Made by a program: the position numbers and the translations under genes. Below the pieces are notes generated by a model that was not told the DNA's origin, ran no database searches, and saw only the letters and a list, made by a program, of their open reading frames with translations. DNA of 64,000 nt from an uncultured Gammaproteobacteria bacterium (GTDB lineage: Bacteria; Patescibacteriota; Microgenomatia; UBA1406; HO2-37-13b). The stretch is from assembly GCA_964476245.1 (NCBI GenBank), contig CAYYYW010000001.1:26808-90807 (forward strand). Reading direction: 5' to 3'. Below, in pieces: positions 50,818-59,181 of the stretch. The first letter of the stretch is position 1. Each line of letters begins with the position of its first letter.

Positions 50818-53637
50818 TCAATTTTCAATAATAAAATTTATAATCTTTCCTTCCACATAAACTACCCGATATTTTTTCCCTTCTAAGTATTTCTTTACTT
50901 TCTCCTCTTTTAATGACCTATTGATGATGGCCGTTTCGGATAGGTTGGTTATCAACATTTTGATAGTGGCACGGAGCCTACCGTTAACTTGAATAGGAAT
51001 GACAATTTCCTCTTCTGTTATTTTTCCTTCCACCTCAGGCCAACGAGAAAGATGAATTGAAGTTTTTTCACCAAAAACTTCTCGCCAGATTTGTTCTGTA
51101 ACAAAAGGAGCGAAGGGAGCGAGGATTTGCAAGAATTTCTTGGCGTTATTTTGAGATAAACGTCTCGTCATTTTAACCGCCGCGGTTCCAGATGGACTAT
51201 TTTCTAAAACCGCCGCGGTTCTTCCTTGGCAGCTTTCTTCCCAAGCGTTAAGAAATTCCATCATAGCCGCAATTGCCGTGTTAAATTTTACGTTCGTAAT
51301 ATCGGAAGAAGCCTTTAAAATCGTCTTTTGAAGCTTGACAACAAGTTTTTTATCCTCTTCATTTTCGTTGTTAGTTAACTTAGCAGGATTATGGTAAATT
51401 TGCCAAATTCGGGTTAAAAATCTGTATCCGCCCTGAAGCGCTTTAATTGACCAAGCGATTTCAGAAGGAAATGGTGCCATAAACATCTCATAGATCCGTA
51501 ATGTATCAGCCCCGTATTCATTCACCACATCATCAGGATTAATTACATTTCCCAATGACTTACTCATTTTTCGATGATCCTCGGCTAAAACCATACCAAC
51601 GTTACGAAGACATAAAAACGGTTCGGAAAAATCTAATAATCCAAGGTCTTGCAGAGCCTTAACCCAAAAACGAGAATATAAAAGATGTAAAACCGCATGC
51701 TCTGCGCCACCAAGATACCAATCAACAGGAAGCCATTGTTTGCCGGAATTTTCAATTTTCATCCGCCAGTTGGCGGACCAATTTTCAAAAGAAGGGAGCG
51801 AAGATGCCTGTTTCGAGTCAATCGCCTGGGTCCCTTTAGGGTGAGGCGGACGAGAAACACGGCCTCGAGCCTCCTGATTCCAAAAAACAAATGCTAAAAA
51901 ATACCAGCACGACCCTGCCCAATTAGGCATGGTATCGGTTTCACGACGCGCTGAACCACCACAATGAGGACATTTTGTTTTAACAAAAGATTCAATTTTA
52001 GCTAGTGGAGACTCTCCCGTTTCCGTCGGTTGATAACTTTTCACGTACGGAAGTTTTACAGGAAGTTCGTTTTCAGAAATGGGAAACCAACCATATAATT
52101 CCCTGTCATTCTGAGCCCTGCCGTGGCGGGGCGAAGAATCTATCGAAGCGTTATTACACTCACTTCGTTCGCTAGATCCTTCACTTCGTTCAGGATGACT
52201 TTTTGGGGAATTCCAATAATTGATGCGTTTTTTTGCGCACTTTTCGCAAAAAATCATCGGAATTGGTTCGCCCCAATACCTTTGTCTTGAAAAAATCCAA
52301 TCGCGAAGATGATAGCTCACTGTCTTTTTTCCCCAACCTTTTTTCTCAATGTAATCCATGATCTTTTTTGTAGCTTCATGAATATCTAAACCATTCAAAA
52401 ATCCTGAATTAATCATTTTCCCTTCTTCTTCCTGAACTTGCTCTTTTTTGATAATTGGTGAGGTATCTCCATCTCTTCCGACAACAACGCGAACAATTTC
52501 CAAACCATACTCTTTAGCAAACTCAAAATCGCGGATATCGTGCCCGGGAACACCAACCACCGCACCCGTTCCAACTTGAGGTAAAACAAAATCCGAAATC
52601 CAAATGGGCATCGGTCTTCCGTTTAAATTATTAATCGCATAAAATCCCGTAAACACACCGGTTTTTTTTCGACCTTCAGCGATGCGTTCCAATTCTGACT
52701 TTGAAATCGCTTTTTGAACATATTTTTTAATCTTTTTTAATAGATTCTTCGACTCCCCCGACTCAACGTCGGGGTCGCTCAGAATGACAGGAGGGGGGGT
52801 AATTTTTCCATCTAATATTTTTTTTACAAATTCATGCTCCGGAGCAATAACAATAAAAGTCGCGCCAAAGTTTGTGTCGGGGCGAGTGGTAAAACACTCT
52901 ATTTGATATTTAATATTTAATATTTGATATTTTATGTTTATGCCTTCTTTTCTCCCAATCCAATTCCTTTGCATCTCTAAAATCCCCTTTGGCCAATCTA
53001 ATTCTTTTAAATCGGAAAGTAACCGATCAGCATAGGCAGTGATGCGAAATATCCATTGTGGTAATTCTTTTTTGGTTATTTTATTACCACAACGTTCATG
53101 AGTTCCATCCGACAAAACTTCCTCCTCGGCCAAGCCGGTTTTACACTTAGGACAAAAATTAATCGCTGTATTTTTCTTATACAAAAGCCCCATTTTAAAA
53201 AACTGAATAAAAAGCCATTGAGTCCATTTATAATATTGCGGGTCGGTGGTGGAAAACTCTCTTCCCCAATCATAAGAAAAACCCAACATCTTCATTTGCC
53301 GTTTAAAATTGGCGATATTTTGAGGCACTATGTCCATCGGGTTTTTTTTGGCCACAATAGCAGCGTTTTCTGCTGGTAAACCGAAGGCATCCCAACCCAT
53401 GGGATATAAAACCGCATTACCCTTCATCCTTAAATATCGAGCTAAAACATCCGTTCCAGTATAAATACGGACGTGACCCACGTGAAGACCAGTTCCTGAC
53501 GGATAAGGAAACATAGAGAGACAGTAAGTTTTCAGTTTTCGGTTATCAGCTGTCAGTTTGGGAGTCTGATAAACTTTTTCTTTTTCCCATTCTTCTACCC
53601 ATTTTGATTCAAATTGAGAAGGTAAATATTTGATCAT
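50818..53637 (-). CDS. leuS: Leucyl-tRNA synthetase
   Basis: 939 aa with FPYPSGTGLHVGHVRIYT (HIGH region) and KMSKSLGN (KMSKS). Carries at least four in-frame repeat insertions. Confidence 0.95.
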   Translation of the reverse strand: MIKYLPSQFESKWVEEWEKEKVYQTPKLTADNRKLKTYCLSMFPYPSGTGLHVGHVRIYTGTDVLARYLRMKGNAVLYPMGWDAFGLPAENAAIVAKKNPMDIVPQNIANFKRQMKMLGFSYDWGREFSTTDPQYYKWTQWLFIQFFKMGLLYKKNTAINFCPKCKTGLAEEEVLSDGTHERCGNKITKKELPQWIFRITAYADRLLSDLKELDWPKGILEMQRNWIGRKEGINIKYQILNIKYQIECFTTRPDTNFGATFIVIAPEHEFVKKILDGKITPPPVILSDPDVESGESKNLLKKIKKYVQKAISKSELERIAEGRKKTGVFTGFYAINNLNGRPMPIWISDFVLPQVGTGAVVGVPGHDIRDFEFAKEYGLEIVRVVVGRDGDTSPIIKKEQVQEEEGKMINSGFLNGLDIHEATKKIMDYIEKKGWGKKTVSYHLRDWIFSRQRYWGEPIPMIFCEKCAKKRINYWNSPKSHPERSEGSSERSECNNASIDSSPRHGRAQNDRELYGWFPISENELPVKLPYVKSYQPTETGESPLAKIESFVKTKCPHCGGSARRETDTMPNWAGSCWYFLAFVFWNQEARGRVSRPPHPKGTQAIDSKQASSLPSFENWSANWRMKIENSGKQWLPVDWYLGGAEHAVLHLLYSRFWVKALQDLGLLDFSEPFLCLRNVGMVLAEDHRKMSKSLGNVINPDDVVNEYGADTLRIYEMFMAPFPSEIAWSIKALQGGYRFLTRIWQIYHNPAKLTNNENEEDKKLVVKLQKTILKASSDITNVKFNTAIAAMMEFLNAWEESCQGRTAAVLENSPSGTAAVKMTRRLSQNNAKKFLQILAPFAPFVTEQIWREVFGEKTSIHLSRWPEVEGKITEEEIVIPIQVNGRLRATIKMLITNLSETAIINRSLKEEKVKKYLEGKKYRVVYVEGKIINFIIEN
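51803..51868. repeat. GC-rich palindromic element in frame in leuS (same family as 44417..44489)
   Basis: gatgcctgtttcgagtcaatcgcctgggtccctttagggtgaggcggacgagaaacacggcctcgag. Translated as ARGRVSRPPHPKGTQAIDSKQASS. Confidence 0.7.
52105..52199. repeat. GTCATTCT...AGGATGAC palindromic element in frame in leuS
   Basis: gtcattctgagccctgccgtggcggggcgaagaatc ... gatccttcacttcgttcaggatgac. Translated as SHPERSEGSSERSECNNASIDSSPRHGRAQNDR. Confidence 0.75.
52742..52788. repeat. Half element (...CGCTCAGAATGAC) in frame in leuS
   Basis: agattcttcgactcccccgactcaacgtcggggtcgctcagaatgac. Translated as ILSDPDVESGESKN. Confidence 0.6.
52901..52935. repeat. 8-bp-periodic AT-rich tandem repeat in leuS
   Basis: atttgatatttaatatttaatatttgatattttat. 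Translated as NIKYQILNIKYQI. Confidence 0.65.
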
Positions 53638-53677
53638 AGGGAAAATTATAAAAGACCGAGAGAGTTTTTACAAGAAT

Positions 53678-53971
53678 TCATTCTTTCACTTTTAATTTTT
53701 CAAACCACTTTCTTTTCAAAAGAACGGCAATCACAGCATAAACGGCAATATCAATCCACGATTCTTCAAGCGACTCGTTTTCCGGCTTTCTTTGTTGCAC
53801 GAGAAGATGTTTAATACGATTGAATTTTTCCGAAATGCGAAAAGCAATCCCCAACTCGCCCATGTCTAAAACATTTCCCTTGCCATAATCTTTGTGTTTT
53901 TTAAGAAACATTTTAAGCGCCTCCTGACAAACTTTCTCAAACGCCTCGTCTAAATATTTTGGTTCTTTCAT
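53678..53971 (-). CDS. Small helical protein, DUF1599/MazG-like (tentative)
   Basis: 97 aa. KHKDYGKGNVLDMGELGIAFRISEKFNRIKHL resembles the DUF1599 pattern (xDYG...G..G...R..DK..R). Confidence 0.35.
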   Translation of the reverse strand: MKEPKYLDEAFEKVCQEALKMFLKKHKDYGKGNVLDMGELGIAFRISEKFNRIKHLLVQQRKPENESLEESWIDIAVYAVIAVLLKRKWFEKLKVKE

Positions 53972-54024
53972 AAATTATTTTTATTTTATCATAATTTTTT
54001 CAATATCAACATCGCCTTAATACC

Positions 54025-54037
54025 AACCTCGGAGGTT
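54025..54037. repeat. AACCTCGGAGGTT hairpin element
   Basis: Variant of the AACC-N5-GGTT hairpin, followed by AGATTGCGGCGCTTTGTAACAATTC (compare GGCCATAACAATTT at 31581). Confidence 0.5.
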
Positions 54038-54064
54038 AGATTGCGGCGCTTTGTAACAATTCAA

Positions 54065-55135
54065 TCAGATAAATTTTTTTAATATTTCTAAAACTTCCTT
54101 TTTTTTCTCTTCCGTCACAGAAACCGCCACCACTCCCAAATCCATCTGACCATATAAAACGATTGAGCCCAATGGCGCAAGAAGAACAGCCGGTAAGGTA
54201 ACTAAATCTTCTTCGCCGTTAACGATAATCAGCTGTTTTTGTTTTGTTTTAAAAAATTTCTTTATAACTCGCCTGAAGACACTGACGATATTTAAAGCAA
54301 TTGTTCCCGGCTGGTTTTTTACCACGTCAGACGTGGTTTTACCTAAATTGACTTTTTGTGTACGATCGGACAAATAAAGCGAATTAATTTTTTTTCTTCT
54401 TACTCTAAAATCAATAATCTTTACGTCCGGATCAAAACCAATCTTAAGTAAAGACATGGTAATCGCATCGCCCACCGAAATCACCAATGGTATGTCTAAT
54501 CGATTAATCGATTGAACAATTTTTTTAGCCGTCTTTTCCCCCTCCTCTTCTTGTCCATGGAAAACCTTTCCTAATGGTTTTCTTAATTCTTCCCGTAAAT
54601 GCTCTGGTAAAATTAATTTCTTTTCCTGATGGGTACGGACAGGCCGTTGGCCTGTCCTTACTAACAACTGATAACTGTTTCCCTCTCTGTCAATCTCACC
54701 CCCTCTTATCCTTCCCGAAGCAATTTTTTTCCCATCATCAGCTAAAACATACGGCGCAACAATTATTTTAAGTGGTAATAAATTATTTTGCTTTCGAAAT
54801 TGATTAATTTTTAAAGCGTTGGGGTAAGTTTCTTTAGAAACAATGATTACCTCAAGCGTCTTGTCAGTTTTGGCAGTGCCATAAATATCATCCAGAGGAA
54901 AAAACAAAGCTCGATCCAATAGCTTTTTAGATTTTAAATAATCTTCTACCGCTCTTTGCCTAATAATATAACTCTCAATATTCGCGCTTAAGAATTTATC
55001 TTTTGAACAAATTTTTCTGGCAATACCGAAAGAAACACGGTGAGCCATGATGAAAGCCAAATCAATCAGACTTTTATGACCGGAGTGCAACCGATCAAAC
55101 GTCCCACCCAAACCAACATGATGAAATTTTTTCAT
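54065..55135 (-). CDS. Fusion of archaeal-type phosphopantetheine adenylyltransferase (cytidylyltransferase fold) and DUF359 / GTP-dependent dephospho-CoA kinase-like domain
   Basis: 356 aa. N-terminus GLGGTFDRLHSGHKSLI (the T/HxGH nucleotidyltransferase motif). C-terminus PLVISVGDAITMSLLKIGFDPDVKIIDFRVRRKK (DUF359-like). Confidence 0.55.
   Translation of the reverse strand: MKKFHHVGLGGTFDRLHSGHKSLIDLAFIMAHRVSFGIARKICSKDKFLSANIESYIIRQRAVEDYLKSKKLLDRALFFPLDDIYGTAKTDKTLEVIIVSKETYPNALKINQFRKQNNLLPLKIIVAPYVLADDGKKIASGRIRGGEIDREGNSYQLLVRTGQRPVRTHQEKKLILPEHLREELRKPLGKVFHGQEEEGEKTAKKIVQSINRLDIPLVISVGDAITMSLLKIGFDPDVKIIDFRVRRKKINSLYLSDRTQKVNLGKTTSDVVKNQPGTIALNIVSVFRRVIKKFFKTKQKQLIIVNGEEDLVTLPAVLLAPLGSIVLYGQMDLGVVAVSVTEEKKKEVLEILKKFI
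54633..54661. repeat. 29-bp palindrome GTACGGACAGGccgttggCCTGTCCtTAC in frame
   Basis: Sister of 28759..28787. Translated on the minus strand as VRTGQRPVRT. Confidence 0.75.
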
Positions 55136-55151
55136 ATAGAATATAAATATA

Positions 55152-56441
55152 ATGAAAAAAATTTTTCTTTTATTAAGCCTAACACTTTTTATTTTATCGT
55201 TTACTCATATTCTCTTTAATCTTCTCCAAATTTTACCAAAAAAGAACTTTATTGATTTTTTTGTTTACAACGGCGCGGTTGAGAAATTCCTCAATCAACA
55301 AAATCCTTATAACTTTCTCTACGGTCAGCCGCCCGATAAAATCCCCTTCAATTATCCTCCCAGCGCTCTTTTGGTTCTTTTACCATTAAAATTATTTCCC
55401 ATGAAAATTACCCAAATAATACTGGTTATATTATCATTTTTAGCTTTTTGGTCAACTTTTTGGGTAATTCTAAAGATGTCAAGAATCAAAATTTCTCTTC
55501 CTCATTTTTTAATTTTATTAGCCTTTTTAAATCAAACCTTTCCCGTTAAATTCACTTTAGTTTTGGGACAAATAAATTTAATTGTCTTGGGTTTGGCGTA
55601 TGGAGGACTGTATTTATATTTTAAATCATATAAAAAATTGATAGGTGGCGCGGGTGCCTGCCTGCCGGACAGGCAGGGAAGGGCTCCCGACGACGCGCAG
55701 TTTTTCACGAGCATCGGCGGGAGGGAAACCCGCGACAGAATCTATCAATTTTTTTCTATAGTGTTTTTCTCTCTCGCTTCTTCCCTTAAAATCTTTCCCC
55801 TTTTCACTCTCCCGCTCTTTATAATCCTTAAAGACTTTAAGTTTGTTTTTTCTGTGGTAGGAATCTTCCTCGCTCTAAATCTTTTGCCGTCGCTTAATTT
55901 ATTTAAACAATATTATTTTCAAATTGTTCCCAATTTAAATAACGCTGTAGGAATACCAAATTTCTACGACCAATCGCTTTTAGCGTTTTTATTAAGGCTG
56001 GGAGTTGATGTGTCGGTAGCAAAAATTGTTTTGCTCCTCTTTCTATCCACGGTCTTTGTCCTTGTTTTCTTTAGGTTCTATAGAAGCAAAAACAAGGCAA
56101 CCACGTCAAACGTGGCTGGAGCAATAAAACAATGTAACAATGTAACAATAAAGCTGTTTTCCCTCGTCTTTGCCCTCTTTTCCATCGGCGGACTTTTTTC
56201 CTGGCAGCATCATTTGGTTTTTGCTTATCCTCTCATTTTCATCGTCTATCTTAAAACTCTGGAACGCCAAAAAAATTTAAAGGCTAAACTGTTTTATAAT
56301 TTTCTTTTCCTGTTTGTTTGGTTGGTTTTTGTTTTTCATTTTAAAACTGAAACCTCACCGTATCTTTTAAATCCCCTAGTCGCCTCATACCAAACAATCA
56401 CCGTCTTATTTTTTATCGTTTATTCCCTCTTAAGAAGTTGA
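55152..56441 (+). CDS. Polytopic membrane protein, GT87/DUF2029-like glycosyltransferase (tentative)
   Basis: 429 aa with 10 or more hydrophobic segments, architecture typical of polyprenyl-phosphate-sugar dependent GT-C enzymes. Interrupted by element 55640..55746. Confidence 0.45.
   Translation: MKKIFLLLSLTLFILSFTHILFNLLQILPKKNFIDFFVYNGAVEKFLNQQNPYNFLYGQPPDKIPFNYPPSALLVLLPLKLFPMKITQIILVILSFLAFWSTFWVILKMSRIKISLPHFLILLAFLNQTFPVKFTLVLGQINLIVLGLAYGGLYLYFKSYKKLIGGAGACLPDRQGRAPDDAQFFTSIGGRETRDRIYQFFSIVFFSLASSLKIFPLFTLPLFIILKDFKFVFSVVGIFLALNLLPSLNLFKQYYFQIVPNLNNAVGIPNFYDQSLLAFLLRLGVDVSVAKIVLLLFLSTVFVLVFFRFYRSKNKATTSNVAGAIKQCNNVTIKLFSLVFALFSIGGLFSWQHHLVFAYPLIFIVYLKTLERQKNLKAKLFYNFLFLFVWLVFVFHFKTETSPYLLNPLVASYQTITVLFFIVYSLLRS
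55640..55746. repeat. Roughly 100-bp GC-rich palindromic element in frame in the GT-C-like gene
   Basis: GATAGgtggCGCGGGT...gaagggctcccgacgacgcgcagtt...ACCCGCGacagaatCTATC. Translated as IGGAGACLPDRQGRAPDDAQFFTSIGGRETRDRIYQ. Sister copy in glyA. Confidence 0.8.
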
Positions 56442-57286
56442 TTTAATTGATTAAGGTAAATCTGCAATCTATCAATAGCACAGTTCGGGATTGAATCTTG
56501 ACGTTCGTTTAAATATCCAACCCTATCACCAACAACACCAACTACGTACTCTACTGGCTTTCCGGCAAACAAACCGTTCGTTCTCCCCAATGGCAAATCG
56601 GCGACTGTTTCTTCTAAATTTGCCAAGATATCAGCGACCTTAACCAATCTTAAAATATTAGCCATCATTTCTTTATCAGATCCTTGCCAATCATTACATG
56701 TTTCGGTCATAATCCTTAAAAAATCTTCTTGTTTCTCTCTTCTTCGCTGCTCGGGAGATATCCCCTCTTCTTTAGATGAGGGAGTAAGCTTGTTAACTAA
56801 ATAGGTAATTGCCGCCGCTTTTTCTTTTTCTATACCAGCTTCAATTAAATCTTTAGTTAATTGTTCCGTATTGTAATTGTCTTTATCTCGTCTTATTTCA
56901 ATTACATCATGCAAAAAGGCAGCTGCTTCCATTATCTCCCAATAATATTGATTTAAATCTCCTTGTTTAAAATCTTCCGCTCTAACTAACTGCGCACATA
57001 AACAAGCTGTCTTTAATGGATGTTTAAAATAAGGGTCTCCGCCAACTTTTCTTCTATCTTCTTGATGCAATTGACAGGCTAATTCAGCGGCGGCCAAAAC
57101 AGTTGGGTTTTCAAAGAAATCTTTTGGAACAGGTAATTCTTGATCAAGGTTCTGTCCAGCTGTAAATACAAATCGGTAAGTATTATCAATCTGTTCTTGA
57201 GTAACCCCATCGCCTGAAAAGCCTATTTTATCAAACCATTCGGCAATAGTTTTGTTAGAATCAGGACATATTGGAACTCTCTCCAT
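56420..57286 (-). CDS. HD-domain protein resembling (p)ppGpp hydrolase (SpoT/Mesh1-type)
   Basis: 288 aa. HQEDRRKVGGDPYFKHPLKTACLCAQLV ... AAAFLHDVIE ... LVKVADILANLEE parallels the SpoT hydrolase motifs (H..R..G.PY..HP, LHD..ED, K.ADRL.N). Confidence 0.55.
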   Translation of the reverse strand: MERVPICPDSNKTIAEWFDKIGFSGDGVTQEQIDNTYRFVFTAGQNLDQELPVPKDFFENPTVLAAAELACQLHQEDRRKVGGDPYFKHPLKTACLCAQLVRAEDFKQGDLNQYYWEIMEAAAFLHDVIEIRRDKDNYNTEQLTKDLIEAGIEKEKAAAITYLVNKLTPSSKEEGISPEQRRREKQEDFLRIMTETCNDWQGSDKEMMANILRLVKVADILANLEETVADLPLGRTNGLFAGKPVEYVVGVVGDRVGYLNERQDSIPNCAIDRLQIYLNQLNQLLKRE

Positions 57287-57343
57287 TTAATCAGAAATTA
57301 TACCATATACTATGAGATAAGAATGGCTTTTTGGGGCATCTCC

Positions 57344-58279
57344 TTATTGAATAAGCTCGAAGACTATGAAAAAAACATAAACCAAAAGCAGAGCTATTCC
57401 TTCCTGCCGAGAAATGTCTTTTTTTGACCGGGAGAAAACGTAAAACAAAACTATACCCAAAGCAAACAATATAAACGTCAGGAAAAAGTAACCGCTTTCG
57501 ATGGTAAAAGGACCATTGATCAAAGCTAAAAAGCCGAATAAAAACGTATTAGCCGCTGCTGAACCTATGTAATCGCCGAAAGCCACCTCTTTGTGTTTTT
57601 TAAAGATAGAGTCTACGACAATTGAAAATTCAGGCAAATTGGTTCCCACCGACAAAAGCAAAAGACTGATTAAAAAGGGAGAAATCCCAAACACGTTAGC
57701 AAAATATATTGTCTTATCAACCAAGATCTTACTTGACAAGAAAACAATGATGCTGCCTAAAACAATTTTTCCCAAATCAACCGGACCCTCTTTAGTACCA
57801 TCAAACAAACGATCGTGAACTTTTTCCAGGAGTCCCTTCCTCTTTTCAATAAAATAAAATAGCAAGCTATAAATTAAAATCATAAACAACCCTTCCTTGC
57901 GGGTAATTATTCCATCCGAGATAAAAATAATCGGCGTTAAAATAACAAACAAAGAGAAAATAAGATTTCTTTCTGTTAGTTGGTGAGCTAATTTAATGCC
58001 GTTGCCAAAAATTGCCAAAATAGGCACAATCAACATAAAGAGCATAAACGAGGCGCCGATTAAATTTCCCACAAAAATTTGCGGATCTTTATCAATGATC
58101 GAGCTAATCCCAACTGAAAGTTCAGGAATTGAGGTTAGAATCCCCAAGACAAAAAAAGAAACTGCAAAGGAAGACAAATTAAGTTTATGAGCCAAACGAA
58201 CAACGGAATTAACAAGCAAGTCTGCCCCAATCCAAATAAAAAAGAAAGCCGCCAAGTAAATGATTAATTGAACTACCAT
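57344..58279 (-). CDS. Ca2+:cation antiporter (CaCA / YrbG-like)
   Basis: 311 aa with about 10 TM segments and two alpha-repeats (GILTSIPELSVGI and SVGTNLPEFSIVV). Confidence 0.75.
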   Translation of the reverse strand: MVVQLIIYLAAFFFIWIGADLLVNSVVRLAHKLNLSSFAVSFFVLGILTSIPELSVGISSIIDKDPQIFVGNLIGASFMLFMLIVPILAIFGNGIKLAHQLTERNLIFSLFVILTPIIFISDGIITRKEGLFMILIYSLLFYFIEKRKGLLEKVHDRLFDGTKEGPVDLGKIVLGSIIVFLSSKILVDKTIYFANVFGISPFLISLLLLSVGTNLPEFSIVVDSIFKKHKEVAFGDYIGSAAANTFLFGFLALINGPFTIESGYFFLTFILFALGIVLFYVFSRSKKDISRQEGIALLLVYVFFIVFELIQ

Positions 58280-58483
58280 TTTTTTATTATACTAAATTGA
58301 GTCTAACTCGACCAAATAGAGCTTGACTTAATTGTGGAACCCCTACGGCTTTACAGCCGTGGTATTTTTATTTTCGGGGTTCCGACGCCCCTTCAGAGGT
58401 CGGAACCCCGACCCAGAAAGCCATTCATCCACAAGTTTACATTCATGGCTTTCTGGCGTCGGGGTAAAATCAGAATGTGTTTT

Positions 58484-58783
58484 TTATCGATTGTCTTGAT
58501 AATTTCCACCTCCGCCTTGATATCTGTCTTCTCTAGGTTTGGGTGGTCTGGCTTCAGCCACCACTAATTTTCGACCTTGATATTCTTGACCATTTAAGGT
58601 TTCAATTGCTTTTTGCGCATCTTCCTCTTTTTCCATTTCCACAAATCCAAATCCTTTTGATTTGCCATCGCGGAAACGAATAACGGTCGCCGAAATTACT
58701 GCTCCGAGTTTGGAAAAATATTCCTTCAAATTATCCTCGGTTGTTTCAAAAAGTAGATTACCAACGTATAGTTTTTTACTCAT
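58484..58783 (-). CDS. RRM-type RNA-binding protein
   Basis: KLYVGNL (RNP2) ... KGFGFVEM (RNP1), with a Gly-rich tail. Confidence 0.85.
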   Translation of the reverse strand: MSKKLYVGNLLFETTEDNLKEYFSKLGAVISATVIRFRDGKSKGFGFVEMEKEEDAQKAIETLNGQEYQGRKLVVAEARPPKPREDRYQGGGGNYQDNR

Positions 58784-58851
58784 TAAATATCACCTCCTTT
58801 AGAAAATGTTTGCGAACTTAAATAATAAAAGTGAGCATTGCATTTTCTTAA

Positions 58852-58930
58852 GCCCGCCACAGTCAAACGTGGCTGGGACGTCGAGTCAAACTCGACAGGC
58901 ACGTTTGACAGTGCCGTTTGACGTCCCGCC
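58852..58930. repeat. GC-rich multi-hairpin element with GTCAAAC/GTTTGAC loops in the leader of the RRM gene
   Basis: gcccgccacagtcaaacgtggctgggacgtcgagtcaaactcgacaggcacgtttgacagtgccgtttgacgtcccgcc. Sub-hairpins gtcgagTCAAACtcgac and ggcacGTTTGACagtgcc. Related palindromes at 56101..56115 and 54321..54337. Confidence 0.6.
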
Positions 58931-59181
58931 ATAAATTGCCCTTTGAGCCGCAGTACAAATGTACTAAGGCAAAAAGGAAAATTTGGCGGGCAAAAGAATA
59001 TGCTTTCGTAGAAAAACAGAAGAAGCGAAAAAAACCAAAATAAATCTCTCACAAAAAATATAAAATTCTCGTTGCTTTCAAGACTCCAAAAAAGAACCTT
59101 TAAAAAACAAAACGATAAATAACAACTAACAAATGATAAGTATATCAAAAAAAATAATGATGTCAAATGAAAAATTTACCT

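Noticed and set aside
58783-59166. 127-aa ORF upstream of the RRM gene
   Set aside because: It gives an F/L/S-rich low-complexity translation of an AT-rich leader/promoter region plus the GC-rich hairpin element. It has no motif and overlaps the stop/start context of the RRM gene implausibly.
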